Shown: piece after piece, positions 27,402-37,197 of the stretch
Layout of the letters: each line of letters opens with the position of its first letter
Numbering within the stretch: the stretch's first letter is position 1
Source of the DNA: Alphaproteobacteria bacterium MarineAlpha5_Bin12
Lineage (GTDB): Bacteria > Pseudomonadota > Alphaproteobacteria > HIMB59 > GCA-002718135
Reading direction: 5' to 3'
NCBI GenBank assembly: GCA_002937855.1
Contig: PTKS01000009.1
Span: 5,362-69,361, forward strand
Length of the DNA stretch: 64,000 nt
Position numbers and translations under genes: made by a program
The notes under the pieces: model-generated
What the model was told of the DNA's origin: nothing
What the model saw: the letters and a program-made list of their open reading frames with translations, nothing else
Databases searched by the model: none

Positions 27402-27759
27402 TTTTTTTATAACTTTAATTATTATTTCTAGCAATTTTGTAATTGCTAAAAAAAATGATACTTTGAATAAAGATTTTGATGAAATAACAAAAATGTTAAG
27501 ATGTATGTCATGTCAAAATTTGAATGTTTATGAATCTGACACTGATTTTTCAAAACAAATAAAAAAAGAAGTTTTTGATCAACTGAAATTGAATAAATCA
27601 AAGGAAGAAATTGTAGATTTTATGGTAGAGAGATATGGTGAATATATAGTTTTGAAACCAAGGTTTGATGGTAAAAACTTAATTTTATGGCTTTCGCCGT
27701 TTGTTTTGATTATTTCTGCATTATTAATAATTATTGGTAAAATGAGAAAAAACAGCTAA
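27367..27759 (+). CDS. ccmH: Cytochrome c-type biogenesis protein CcmH
   Basis: LRCMSCQNLNVYESD (LRCxxCQ) motif plus a C-terminal TM helix. Confidence 0.8.
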   Translation: MKKKLKDYFQISFFITLIIISSNFVIAKKNDTLNKDFDEITKMLRCMSCQNLNVYESDTDFSKQIKKEVFDQLKLNKSKEEIVDFMVERYGEYIVLKPRFDGKNLILWLSPFVLIISALLIIIGKMRKNS

Positions 27760-27873
27760 TATATATAGTAATTGGCAAAAAAATGAGATTAAGTCTAATT
27801 TATTTAGTATTTTTCTTGTTTTTGTATTAAAAAATCAGAATTATTAAATTATTTGAAACTTGTGGAGGATTTA

Positions 27874-28719
27874 GTGAAAAAAATATTAATATCAACATTA
27901 GCACTTTTTGCATTACTTATAGCATCTGGTGTTAGTGCTAAAACTATTAGGATCGGAACTGAGGGGGCTTATCCTCCTTGGAATAATTTAAATGCTGCAG
28001 GAGATCTTGAGGGTGCTGAAATAGATTTTGCAAATGAAGCATGTAAAAGAATGAATGCGGAATGTGAATGGGTTACTCAAGATTGGGATGGGATTATACC
28101 TGCGCTATTAAATGGTAAGTACGATATCATAATTGCAGGAATGTCTATTACTGAAGAAAGAAAACAAAAAGTTAACTTTACTGATGGTTATATGACAGAT
28201 CCAGCTAACTTTGCGGTTCTAAAGAGTAGTAATTTAGGAAGTATGGGTACAAACTGGTCAGGATCTCAAGTAAAAAAAGTTGATCTCGCTAACCCAAGTG
28301 GCAAAGAGTTAACAGCTATAGCCCAAATAAATACTGCACTTGATGGTATGGTTGTAGGGGTACAATCATCAACAATTCATCAGAATTATGTTGAACAATA
28401 TATGCAAGGGGCTGTTGAGATGAGACTTTACCAAACACAGGATGATTTAAATCTTGATTTAGCTGCTGGAAGAATAGATGCTCTTCTTGCTGATCAAGGA
28501 GCAATTATGGATTTTATGGCTACTGAAGAAGGTAAAGACGTTGTTTTCACAGGACCTAATTTTTCAGGTGGAGTGTTTGGAGAAGGTGTTGGTGGTGCTG
28601 TTAGAAAAGAAGATAATGACATCTTAGAAATGTTTAACAAAGCCATTGCTGAAATGAGTGCTGATGGAACAACTGCAAAAATAACAAAAAAATGGTTTGG
28701 GAGAGATATTTCTCTGTAA
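27874..28719 (+). CDS. Polar amino acid ABC transporter substrate-binding protein (HisJ/ArtJ/OccT family)
   Basis: Signal peptide, then KTIRIGTEGAYPPWN and DIIIAGMSITEERK family motifs. GTG start at 27874 follows GGAGGA. Confidence 0.8.
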   Translation: MKKILISTLALFALLIASGVSAKTIRIGTEGAYPPWNNLNAAGDLEGAEIDFANEACKRMNAECEWVTQDWDGIIPALLNGKYDIIIAGMSITEERKQKVNFTDGYMTDPANFAVLKSSNLGSMGTNWSGSQVKKVDLANPSGKELTAIAQINTALDGMVVGVQSSTIHQNYVEQYMQGAVEMRLYQTQDDLNLDLAAGRIDALLADQGAIMDFMATEEGKDVVFTGPNFSGGVFGEGVGGAVRKEDNDILEMFNKAIAEMSADGTTAKITKKWFGRDISL

Positions 28720-28744
28720 ATCGAAAGAAAAATCAATAAACATA

Positions 28745-28772
28745 GAAGCGGCTTTTGCCGCTTCTTTTTTTT
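28745..28772 (+). terminator. Intrinsic terminator/attenuator between the binding-protein and permease genes
   Basis: gaagcggc-tttt-gccgcttc followed by 8 T. Confidence 0.75.
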
Positions 28773-28775
28773 GGT

Positions 28776-29489
28776 ATGATAAATTTTAATTTATTAATTT
28801 TGGGTGATACTGGATGGGGTGATGAGCTTTTAATAGCAACATTGATGACCATCTTTGTAAGTATAAGTGCAATGTCACTTGGAATTATTATAGCTATATT
28901 TACCGCTTGGACAAAAATTTCTGGAAGATTTATATCAAGATTAATCGCAAATTTTTATACTACAGTAATAAGAGGTGTGCCCGAACTTTTGGTAATTTAT
29001 CTTATTTTTTTTGGAGGCAGTGCGGGAGTAATGTATGTTGCAAAAATTTTTGGATATCAAGGTTATATAGAACTTCATCCATTTACTATAGGTACAATCG
29101 CTATAGGATTAATTTCTGCTACATATTCATCAGAGGTTTTTAGAGGTGCTTACAATGTAATTGATAAAGGCCAGGTTGAAGCTGCAAAATCATTGGGGCT
29201 CTCAAAATTTAAAATTTTTTATAAAGTTTTAGGTCCTCAAATTTTAAGACATGCGCTCCCAGGCCTTGGTAATGTTTGGCAAATAACACTTAAAGATACG
29301 GCTTTAATCTCAGTAACAGGTTTAGTAGAAATTATGAGACAAGCAAAAATAGGCGCAGGATCTACTCATTCACCTTTTACATTTTATATCGCAGCAGCAA
29401 TTTTGTATATTATTTTAACAACTTTTTCGACAAAATTTTTCAACAAGCTTGAAGATGTCTCCAATAAAAGTCTTAGGATTTCTCAATGA
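28776..29489 (+). CDS. Polar amino acid ABC transporter permease (HisQ-like)
   Basis: The EAAKSLGLSKFKIFYKVLGPQ permease loop is present. ATG at 28776 chosen because the ORF-track start lies inside the terminator hairpin. Confidence 0.85.
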   Translation: MINFNLLILGDTGWGDELLIATLMTIFVSISAMSLGIIIAIFTAWTKISGRFISRLIANFYTTVIRGVPELLVIYLIFFGGSAGVMYVAKIFGYQGYIELHPFTIGTIAIGLISATYSSEVFRGAYNVIDKGQVEAAKSLGLSKFKIFYKVLGPQILRHALPGLGNVWQITLKDTALISVTGLVEIMRQAKIGAGSTHSPFTFYIAAAILYIILTTFSTKFFNKLEDVSNKSLRISQ

Positions 29490-30172
29490 ATTTTGAACTT
29501 ATTTCAAAAAACTTTTATTTAGTTTTTAAAGGTCTTGATGAGACGATACTCCTAGTTTTATTATCGTTAAGCATAGGATTTATAATTTCTATTTTTTTTG
29601 CACTAGCAAGACTTTCTTCAATAAAGATATTATCAAATATAGTTTACTATTATGTATTTATAATTAGAGGAACACCATTAATAGTTCAAATTTATCTTTT
29701 TTATTTTGGGCTTGGGTCTATAAAATTTGTAAGAGAAAGTTTTTTATGGGTAGTGTTAAAAGAGCCCTTTTGGTGTGGAGTTATAGCATTAATTTTAAAT
29801 ACAGTAGCTTATACGACTGAAATTTTCAGAGGAGGAATACAATCAATAACGAAAGGACAAATTGAAAGTTGTAAATCGCTTGGAATGAAAAGATTTACAA
29901 TGTATTATAAAATTATTCTACCAGTAGCTTTTAGGCAGGCTTTACCAGCTTATGGAAATGAAATGATATTAATGGTAAAAGCAACTTCACTGGTAAGTTT
30001 AACAACTTATATGGAAATGACAGGTATAGCCAGAAATATAATGTCAAAAACTTTTGCTCCTGTAGAAGCTTTTGTTGCTGCAGGATGCTTTTATTTATTT
30101 TTAAATTTTTTAATTGTGCAATTAATTAAATTTCTTGAATGGAAATACAATCCTCACTTAAGGTTAAAATAA
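29486..30172 (+). CDS. Polar amino acid ABC transporter permease (HisM-like)
   Basis: The ESCKSLGMKRFTMYYKIILPVA permease loop is present. It overlaps the previous permease gene by 4 nt. Confidence 0.85.
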   Translation: MNFELISKNFYLVFKGLDETILLVLLSLSIGFIISIFFALARLSSIKILSNIVYYYVFIIRGTPLIVQIYLFYFGLGSIKFVRESFLWVVLKEPFWCGVIALILNTVAYTTEIFRGGIQSITKGQIESCKSLGMKRFTMYYKIILPVAFRQALPAYGNEMILMVKATSLVSLTTYMEMTGIARNIMSKTFAPVEAFVAAGCFYLFLNFLIVQLIKFLEWKYNPHLRLK

Positions 30173-30178
30173 TAAGTT

Positions 30179-30865
30179 ATGAAATATTCAAGAAAAAACC
30201 CTTCTTTGAAATATATTGAATTAATTAAAGAATACAAATTAATGCATAAAAAAGGATATACGCAAACAAATAAATTACAAAAAAAACCTGAGGATTGCTA
30301 TGATGGTAAATCAACGATTTGGTTTGTAGAAATAATCAAAAATATAATTAATAGCAATAAATGTAATAATCTTTTAGATTATGGAGCCGGTAAAGGTAAT
30401 TTTTATGAAAAAAATTTTCTTTTAAATAATAAGAATTATCCTGGATTTAAAGAATATTGGAATCTAAAAGAATATTTTTTATATGATCCTAGTTATAAAA
30501 AAAATTCAATTCTTCCAAAAAAAAATTTTGATTGTTCAATATGTATTGATGTTTTAGAACATATACCTTCACAAGATTTGTCATGGGTAATAAAAGAAAT
30601 TTTGAGATTCACAAACAAGATTGCTTTTTTTAACATAGCCTGCTTTTCAGCCTTTGCAGTTCTCCATAATGGAGAAAATGCTCACATTACAATTAAAGAT
30701 CCGAGGTGGTGGCATGGATTTTTTTCATCTATAATGCAGGATTATCCTGAAAAAAAATTAGTTTGTTACTGCACCTTAAAAGATAAAGATGGTAAAAGAA
30801 AATATTACTCATTTTCAATTAATGATAATTTCAAAAAATATGATAATATCAACTTTATAAACTAA
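30179..30865 (+). CDS. Class I SAM-dependent methyltransferase
   Basis: Motif I LLDYGAGKGNF and post-motif CIDVLEHIP. Confidence 0.6.
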   Translation: MKYSRKNPSLKYIELIKEYKLMHKKGYTQTNKLQKKPEDCYDGKSTIWFVEIIKNIINSNKCNNLLDYGAGKGNFYEKNFLLNNKNYPGFKEYWNLKEYFLYDPSYKKNSILPKKNFDCSICIDVLEHIPSQDLSWVIKEILRFTNKIAFFNIACFSAFAVLHNGENAHITIKDPRWWHGFFSSIMQDYPEKKLVCYCTLKDKDGKRKYYSFSINDNFKKYDNINFIN

Positions 30866-30866
30866 T

Positions 30867-31148
30867 ATGAATTCGCTACTTTTTTTAATTATTCAAATAA
30901 TAGATCTCTATAAGTTTGTTTTAATTATATATGTTATAGCAACTTGGCTTGTAGGTTTTGGAATAATCAATACTGGTAATAGATTAGTATATTCAATTCT
31001 TGATACTTTGCACAGAATCTGTGAACCAAGTATAAGAATCGTAAGAAAATTTATTCCTAGTTTTGGAAATATTGATATATCACCTATTATTGTTTTTATA
31101 TTATTAGAATTTTTGAAAAGATTAATTATTGAATATTGGCCAATTTAA
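30867..31148 (+). CDS. yggT: YggT family membrane protein
   Basis: 93 aa. LHRICEPSIRIVRKFIPSFGNIDISPIIVFILL matches the YggT repeat. Confidence 0.75.
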   Translation: MNSLLFLIIQIIDLYKFVLIIYVIATWLVGFGIINTGNRLVYSILDTLHRICEPSIRIVRKFIPSFGNIDISPIIVFILLEFLKRLIIEYWPI

Positions 31149-31149
31149 A

Positions 31150-32031
31150 ATGAAATTGATAGATGGAAAAAAGATAGCGCAAAGTCTTAGAGAAACTTTA
31201 ACAAAAGAAATAAAAACTTTGAAAGCAAAACATAATAATGTTCCAGGATTAGCGGTAGTTCAAGTTGGAGATGTTGCTGCAAGTAGCGTATATGTTAAAG
31301 CAAAAACAAAAAATGCAAAAGAGGTTGGAATAAATGTTTTTGATCACCATTTAGATGAAAATATTACAGAAAAAGAATTGTTAGATTTAATAAATAAACT
31401 TAATACACAAGAAGATGTAGATGGTATATTGGTACAACTACCTTTGCCAAAAAATATAAATGAACAAAAGGTATTAGATACAATAAAACCTTCAAAAGAT
31501 GCTGATGGCTTTCATCCATTAAATGTTGGGAAACTTTCAATTGCTAGTCACAATGATGAAAATCTTTTGATTCCTTGTACGCCTTATGGCGTTTTAATAA
31601 TGCTAAAAGAATTAAAAATAGATTTAATTGGCAAAAATGCTGTAATTGTTGGAAGATCAAATATTGTAGGTAAACCTATGGCTCAATTACTAGTCAAAGA
31701 ATCTTGTACTGTTACAATAGCTCATTCCAAAACTAAAGAGCTTCAAAAAATTTGTAAAAATGCTGATATCATAGTTGCTGCAGTTGGAAAACCCAAAATG
31801 ATTAAAGACGGTTGGGTTAAAGAAGGAGCAATAGTTTTGGATGTAGGTATTAATAGGATACAAGTGCAAAAAGATGGTAAAATAAAAAATATTTTAGTTG
31901 GTGATGTTGATTTTCAAGAAGTAAAAAATACAGCAAGTGCAATAACTCCTGTACCTGGTGGGGTTGGACCAATGACAATTGCTTGTTTATTAAGAAATAC
32001 AACAATAGCCTTTAAAAATAAATATACATAA
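31150..32031 (+). CDS. folD: Bifunctional methylenetetrahydrofolate dehydrogenase/cyclohydrolase
   Basis: MKLIDGKKIA..., VQLPLP, GRSNIVGKPMAQLL and PGGVGPMT motifs. Start moved to 31150. Confidence 0.93.
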   Translation: MKLIDGKKIAQSLRETLTKEIKTLKAKHNNVPGLAVVQVGDVAASSVYVKAKTKNAKEVGINVFDHHLDENITEKELLDLINKLNTQEDVDGILVQLPLPKNINEQKVLDTIKPSKDADGFHPLNVGKLSIASHNDENLLIPCTPYGVLIMLKELKIDLIGKNAVIVGRSNIVGKPMAQLLVKESCTVTIAHSKTKELQKICKNADIIVAAVGKPKMIKDGWVKEGAIVLDVGINRIQVQKDGKIKNILVGDVDFQEVKNTASAITPVPGGVGPMTIACLLRNTTIAFKNKYT

Positions 32032-32061
32032 TTTTAACCAAGATCGTAATCTTTTACGAAA

Positions 32062-32949
32062 ATGAATATAAAAAATATCAACGAAAAAGCTCATAAATAT
32101 AGATCCAAGTCTAAAGAAAATTTTAAATTATTTAGTCATAAAGAATTGATGAAATTACCTCCGTATAACGGAATATTAAATTTTTCTATTAATAATATTA
32201 CTTTTGAAATGCTAAATATTAATAATGATGATGGTATAGTAACTAAATATTTTTGGAGAAATGAATATGAGGCAATTTCAATTAAGCTGTGGAGCAATCT
32301 CTCTAAAAAGGATGCTATTTTTATTGATGTAGGAAGCCATACTGGAATCTATTCGATTATAGGCAATCTATCAAACCAAAAAAATATTACAATCTCTATT
32401 GAGCCATATTTTTTAAATTATGCAAGATTACTAACCAACTTAAGATTAAATTACATTCCAACTGATAATTGTCTTTGTTATGCTGCTCATAATAAACCGG
32501 GTTCAGTAAATTTTAAAATTTCTACAAATAATTTTTATCACACTATGGGTGGAAGAATTGATGATGGTGGAGAATTAAAAATAAGAACTTTAGCACTAGA
32601 CAATTTAAAATTTGATACTACTAATAAAAAGATTGAAGCAATAAAAATTGATACAGAAGGATCAGAAGATAAAGTTCTTGATGGAGCAAAAAAAATTATT
32701 ATGATTAATAAGCCAGATTTGTTGATTGAATATAATTTAAATACTTATGAAAAATGTTTGAAAATAATAAAAAACTATAATTATTCAGTTTATTTTCTGG
32801 ATGATAACAATAAAAAAATAATTACATTTAAAGAATTTGAGTCAAATAAAGACAATTACGTTGGTCAAAATAACCCTTGGCCTAAGGAAGGGGCAAATTT
32901 CTATTGCACACAAAAAACTTTTAAAGAAGTAGTTTCATTAATAAATTAA
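32062..32949 (+). CDS. FkbM-family methyltransferase
   Basis: FIDVGSHTGIYS motif I and IKIDTEGSEDKVLDG, both typical of FkbM/Methyltransf_21. Confidence 0.7.
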   Translation: MNIKNINEKAHKYRSKSKENFKLFSHKELMKLPPYNGILNFSINNITFEMLNINNDDGIVTKYFWRNEYEAISIKLWSNLSKKDAIFIDVGSHTGIYSIIGNLSNQKNITISIEPYFLNYARLLTNLRLNYIPTDNCLCYAAHNKPGSVNFKISTNNFYHTMGGRIDDGGELKIRTLALDNLKFDTTNKKIEAIKIDTEGSEDKVLDGAKKIIMINKPDLLIEYNLNTYEKCLKIIKNYNYSVYFLDDNNKKIITFKEFESNKDNYVGQNNPWPKEGANFYCTQKTFKEVVSLIN

Positions 32950-33719
32950 TTATCAATTATTTCGTAAGCATTTATTAAATTTTTTTTATGTACTTTTAAA
33001 AATTCATTTTCTAATATTTGACCTTGAAGTTTATACTTTTTAATAAATACACTTGTATATTTAAAACTTAGACCACTATAAGAAAAAATACTTTTCTTGA
33101 ATTCATGAGGTAATATAAAAAAAGCATTTACTCCATTTTTATCAACACAAATAAATTTATAATTATATTTTTTAAGCAACACTTTCCAAGCTTGTAAAGA
33201 AGAACCAAAATAAAGTCCGCGCTTTTTATCAAACTTGTATCTGTCAAAATTTAAATGATATTTTACAACTAAAGGATCTTTTCCAAAAAATGAATTATAT
33301 TCTACGCATAGTATTTTTGGTAAAATTTTACTTTTTAATAATCTGTTGATTATATAAAAATCATAAGAATCAATATCTATTGAAAAAAAATCAATTTTTA
33401 ATTTTTTAAGTTTAATTATAATCTCATTAATATTTTCTAAATTAATTGATCCTCCGGCTAATTCTATTTTTCCTTTGGGATTAACTTTTTTTAACAAGGA
33501 AACAAAATTATTGATATTTTTTGGAAGATCACAAACTATTCCTGACCATCCATTTTCTATTAGATTTCTAGAATTATTTTGTAAACCATTTGAACAACCA
33601 AATTCCACAAAAAATTTATTATTTTTTTTTAATTTTTTTGTCAAAAAATCTATAAGACCATCTTCTCCGTTTTGTGAAAAATTGGAATATTCATAATCAT
33701 TAATTTTTTTTGATCTCAT
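32946..33719 (-). CDS. Putative methyltransferase (FkbM-like N-terminus), uncertain
   Basis: SQNGEDGLIDFL and FVEFGCSNG resemble the N-termini of FkbM-like enzymes. The match is weak. Confidence 0.35.
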   Translation of the reverse strand: MRSKKINDYEYSNFSQNGEDGLIDFLTKKLKKNNKFFVEFGCSNGLQNNSRNLIENGWSGIVCDLPKNINNFVSLLKKVNPKGKIELAGGSINLENINEIIIKLKKLKIDFFSIDIDSYDFYIINRLLKSKILPKILCVEYNSFFGKDPLVVKYHLNFDRYKFDKKRGLYFGSSLQAWKVLLKKYNYKFICVDKNGVNAFFILPHEFKKSIFSYSGLSFKYTSVFIKKYKLQGQILENEFLKVHKKNLINAYEIIDN

Positions 33720-34585
33720 TTATTATATTCAATTATTTTTTTCTCTAAAATTGAGATAACATTATCTATCTCTATTTCCTGCATACACTTTTTACAATGG
33801 TTACAAATAACTTTAGAACCACATGGAGACTCTGGCAAATCAACATAAAGATTGGTATGGGTTTTATAACCAACTATAGATGGGCTTATCCAGCCTCCAA
33901 AAATATTTATTGCATCTTTTTTTAATGCTGCGGCAGCATGAGAATAACCACTATGAGTCCCCACAAATAAGTCACAATACTTAAGTATTGATAAAGCCCC
34001 ACGAAAATTACAGTCAATATGAATTGCATTCAATAATTTTTTTACACCTTGTAAATGAGGTTGGATAAAAACAATTCTATCTTTTAATGTATTAACAATT
34101 TTTTGCCATTTTTCAAAACCCCAATCTCTATTAAGATGAACATCCCCTACTGCTCTCCCCCCAACAGCTTTTGCATAAACTTCTGTTTTTACATTTGGCT
34201 CTATCAAAACAATCATTTTTGGTGATTTTAAAAAATGTTCTTTCCATAATTTAATTGTTTGATTTATTATTTTTAAACCATGCTCTAACTCAGTTTGATT
34301 AAGATATATTTCTCCTGGTTTGACTGAAAATTCAAGATCCCAAACATTTTTATTATTGTCAGATTTTACATAGTTGACGTATGGCCTATTATTTACATAA
34401 TTTAAGATCCATATATTATTCTTATTTTCGCTAATATTTTTAATTTCTGAAATATATGGATTATTTAAATACATTATTGAAGGATAATTAAACCTTCCAT
34501 CACCAATTAAAATATTTGCATCAGGGAATAATTTTTTTGCTTCCTTGGCCTCTGCTGTAGCCATAATGTCATCGCCATATCCCAT
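33716..34585 (-). CDS. GT9-like (heptosyltransferase-fold) glycosyltransferase
   Basis: N-terminal GYGDDIM and C-terminal LFVGTHSGYSHAAAALKKDAINIFGG resemble the GT9 GD...DSGxxHLAAA pattern. Confidence 0.5.
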   Translation of the reverse strand: MGYGDDIMATAEAKEAKKLFPDANILIGDGRFNYPSIMYLNNPYISEIKNISENKNNIWILNYVNNRPYVNYVKSDNNKNVWDLEFSVKPGEIYLNQTELEHGLKIINQTIKLWKEHFLKSPKMIVLIEPNVKTEVYAKAVGGRAVGDVHLNRDWGFEKWQKIVNTLKDRIVFIQPHLQGVKKLLNAIHIDCNFRGALSILKYCDLFVGTHSGYSHAAAALKKDAINIFGGWISPSIVGYKTHTNLYVDLPESPCGSKVICNHCKKCMQEIEIDNVISILEKKIIEYNK

Positions 34586-34604
34586 TAAAGAAAATTGACT
34601 TTAT

Positions 34605-35078
34605 TTAACAGTCTTTTTTAAGTTTATTGTATGCTGCAGTAAACCCTATCAAAGTATAAGTATCAGTTGTAAGTGTTCCTCTCGAAGATGTCCCCTTGAC
34701 AATCATCTCTTTACCTTTCTTCATTGATTCAATTATTTTTTTATCATTTTCCGTCCAAGCTGTATCACCTTCAATAATTGATAAAAGATTCTTATTATTA
34801 TCTATTATTACTTCAACTTCTTTTGTTTCTGAATAATTATAACCTGCATTTACCTGAATTTCAGGATCTGGTTGATTGTTAATTCTGACTACTAAAAAAT
34901 AAGTATCTCCTCTTTTGGTATAATTACCCTCTTCTAGTAATGGAATGCTACCAATATAACACCAATCTTTGTCTTTTGTGAAAGTCCATTTCCCTTTTTC
35001 TAGTGAAAAAGATTCCGTAGATAAAAATAGGGTGATAATAAAAATAATTTTGTATAAACCGTTTATTTGAGTTTTCAT
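34605..35078 (-). CDS. Secreted protein, possibly invasion-associated locus B (IalB)-like
   Basis: Signal peptide, W..C near the N-terminus and a C-terminal TLIGFTAAYNKL. Weak motif-level similarity only. Confidence 0.3.
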   Translation of the reverse strand: MKTQINGLYKIIFIITLFLSTESFSLEKGKWTFTKDKDWCYIGSIPLLEEGNYTKRGDTYFLVVRINNQPDPEIQVNAGYNYSETKEVEVIIDNNKNLLSIIEGDTAWTENDKKIIESMKKGKEMIVKGTSSRGTLTTDTYTLIGFTAAYNKLKKDC

Positions 35079-35159
35079 AGCCTATGAAAATTATAACATA
35101 ATTAGTGAATAATTGAAATTTTTAAAAATTTATTTATATCTATAATAGGTGCATAAATA

Positions 35160-36041
35160 TTGTCTCAAAATATAAATTCTAAAAATATAATTGGTGATAG
35201 AAAATTTTCATTTATTGATTCTGATGTATTATCAATCATTAATCTTTCATCTTCTTACAACTGTGTTTGTGATAAAATAACTCTCAAAAATGGAAAAAAA
35301 TTTGTGGTAAAGTTTCAAATTTCATCAGAAAATTCTAAATATCACTCTATATATTATGAGGGGAAATCGCTAAAAATTATGAATGAAAAATTTGGAAGTA
35401 TTTTTCCAAAAGTTTATCATTTAGAAAAAAATTTATTTATCATTAATTGGATTGAAAATAATAATTTAAAAAATAATAACTCTGAAGAGGAGCTTGCATA
35501 TTATCTCTCTAAAATACACTCAGACAATAACGGTAGATTTGGTTTTGATTTTAATTCACCAATTGGAGGAATTGAACAACCTTGTGGTTTTGAGAATAGT
35601 TGGATAAATTTTTTTAGAAAAAAACGTCTCCAGTTTATATTTGATAAAATAAATTATTCTAATCCTATGCCAAAAGATATTAATAAAGGAATAGAAAAAA
35701 TTATTAATAAATTAGAAACTTTTATTCCCGAATCAAATAAACCGTCATTAATTCACGGAGATTTATGGTCTGGAAATATTCTTTTTAATAATGGTAAACT
35801 TGCAGGTTTAATTGATCCAGGAATTTATTATTCTAATAAAGAATTAGACTTATCTAGTCTCTCTTTTTTAAATGCAGTGTCTAAAGATTTTATCCAAAAA
35901 TATAAAAATTTTTCTAATATTGAAAATGATTTTGAAGAAAGAAAAGGAATTTATGAATTATATTATGCTCTTCTTAATGTTTATTTGTGGAGTAGAGAGT
36001 ATATAAAAAACACTAAAGAAATAATTAAAAGATATGAATAA
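35160..36041 (+). CDS. Fructosamine/ketosamine-3-kinase family protein
   Basis: LIHGDLWSGNILF catalytic motif and LIDPG. Apparent TTG start. Confidence 0.8.
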   Translation: MSQNINSKNIIGDRKFSFIDSDVLSIINLSSSYNCVCDKITLKNGKKFVVKFQISSENSKYHSIYYEGKSLKIMNEKFGSIFPKVYHLEKNLFIINWIENNNLKNNNSEEELAYYLSKIHSDNNGRFGFDFNSPIGGIEQPCGFENSWINFFRKKRLQFIFDKINYSNPMPKDINKGIEKIINKLETFIPESNKPSLIHGDLWSGNILFNNGKLAGLIDPGIYYSNKELDLSSLSFLNAVSKDFIQKYKNFSNIENDFEERKGIYELYYALLNVYLWSREYIKNTKEIIKRYE

Positions 36042-36048
36042 TTTATTC

Positions 36049-37104
36049 TTACACACATGGATTTGGATCTGAAAGATGTATATCTTGAATCTCTTTCAGT
36101 ATTTCTTTTGAAAGTGTCAGATCTACACTATCAATATTTTCCTTTAATTGTTCCATGGTTGTTGCTCCAATAATATTGCTGGTTACAAAAGGTCTATCAT
36201 TTACAAAAGCATTTGCAAAAGTAGATGGGGCAATTCCATATTTTTTTGCAAGATTAACATAAGCTTCTATAGCTATTTCACCTCTTTTGGTGTGATGTCT
36301 TGAAAATCTTCTGGGCCAAATTGTGTATCTTGCCCCTTTAGGCATACTGTTAGATATATATTTTCCACTTAACCTTCCTCCAGCCAAAGGGGAATAAGCA
36401 AGTAATCCACATTGTTCACGGATTGAAACTTCAGAATTTGCTATATCGAAAACCCTATTCACAAGACTGTATACATTTTGGATAGACATCATTCTAGGTA
36501 GTTTTTTTTCTTTTGAAATTTGAATAAATTTCATAACACCCCAAGGTGTTTCATTGGATAAACCTACATATCTTATTTTTCCTAATTTAACGAGATTATT
36601 TAAATTTTCCAAAACTTCCTCAATTGCTGTCCAATCATTATCTTTAGGATCATATTCAAAATCTAAAGTTCCAAATTTAGGAACTTTTCTTTCAGGCCAA
36701 TGCAATTGGTACAAATCAATATAATCAGTTTTTAATCTTTTTAAACTTGCATCAATAGCTTCATTTATATTTTTCTTATCAAATCCTAAATTTTTTGAAC
36801 CACCTCTTATCCAATTTAGATCTCCCTCTGTTTTGGAAGCAATCTTACTTGCAAGAATAACTTTGTCCCTGTTATTTTTTTCTTTAAACCAGTTGCCAAT
36901 TATTTCTTCAGTTTTTCCATATGTTCCTTGTCTAGGCATAACAGCATATAACTCTGCGGTATCAAAAAAATTTATTCCTCTTTCGAGTGCATAATTCATT
37001 TGATCAAACCCCTCCTGTTGATTATTTTGTTCACCCCAGGTCATAGTACCAAGGCAAATTACACTTACATTTAAATCAGTAGTTCCTAGTTTGCGATATT
37101 TCAT
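36049..37104 (-). CDS. Aldo/keto reductase (Tas-like)
   Basis: 351 aa. GINFFDTAELY, LYQLHWP and GLSNETPWG motifs. Confidence 0.9.
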   Translation of the reverse strand: MKYRKLGTTDLNVSVICLGTMTWGEQNNQQEGFDQMNYALERGINFFDTAELYAVMPRQGTYGKTEEIIGNWFKEKNNRDKVILASKIASKTEGDLNWIRGGSKNLGFDKKNINEAIDASLKRLKTDYIDLYQLHWPERKVPKFGTLDFEYDPKDNDWTAIEEVLENLNNLVKLGKIRYVGLSNETPWGVMKFIQISKEKKLPRMMSIQNVYSLVNRVFDIANSEVSIREQCGLLAYSPLAGGRLSGKYISNSMPKGARYTIWPRRFSRHHTKRGEIAIEAYVNLAKKYGIAPSTFANAFVNDRPFVTSNIIGATTMEQLKENIDSVDLTLSKEILKEIQDIHLSDPNPCV

Positions 37105-37197
37105 TATATTTACCTATTTATATGAATATTTTTAGATTTTGATCTTGAATTCTTTGATTATATAACGATATAAGGAATTAGACAAAGGAGAATTTAA

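Noticed and set aside
27783-27830. 15-codon mini-ORF (MRLSLIYLVFFLFLY) upstream of the amino-acid binding-protein gene, as a possible leader peptide.
   Set aside because: It has no SD, no regulatory-codon enrichment and no alternative hairpins nearby. It is most likely a chance ORF.
28755-28775. N-terminal extensions given by the ORF track: 28755 for the permease, 26820 for ccmG, 31129 for folD, 27853 for the binding protein, 7589 for proX and 8735 for proV.
   Set aside because: The extensions run through a terminator hairpin or overlap the upstream gene. Downstream ATG/GTG codons with better SD or spacing give N-termini matching the families, so the shorter starts were used.
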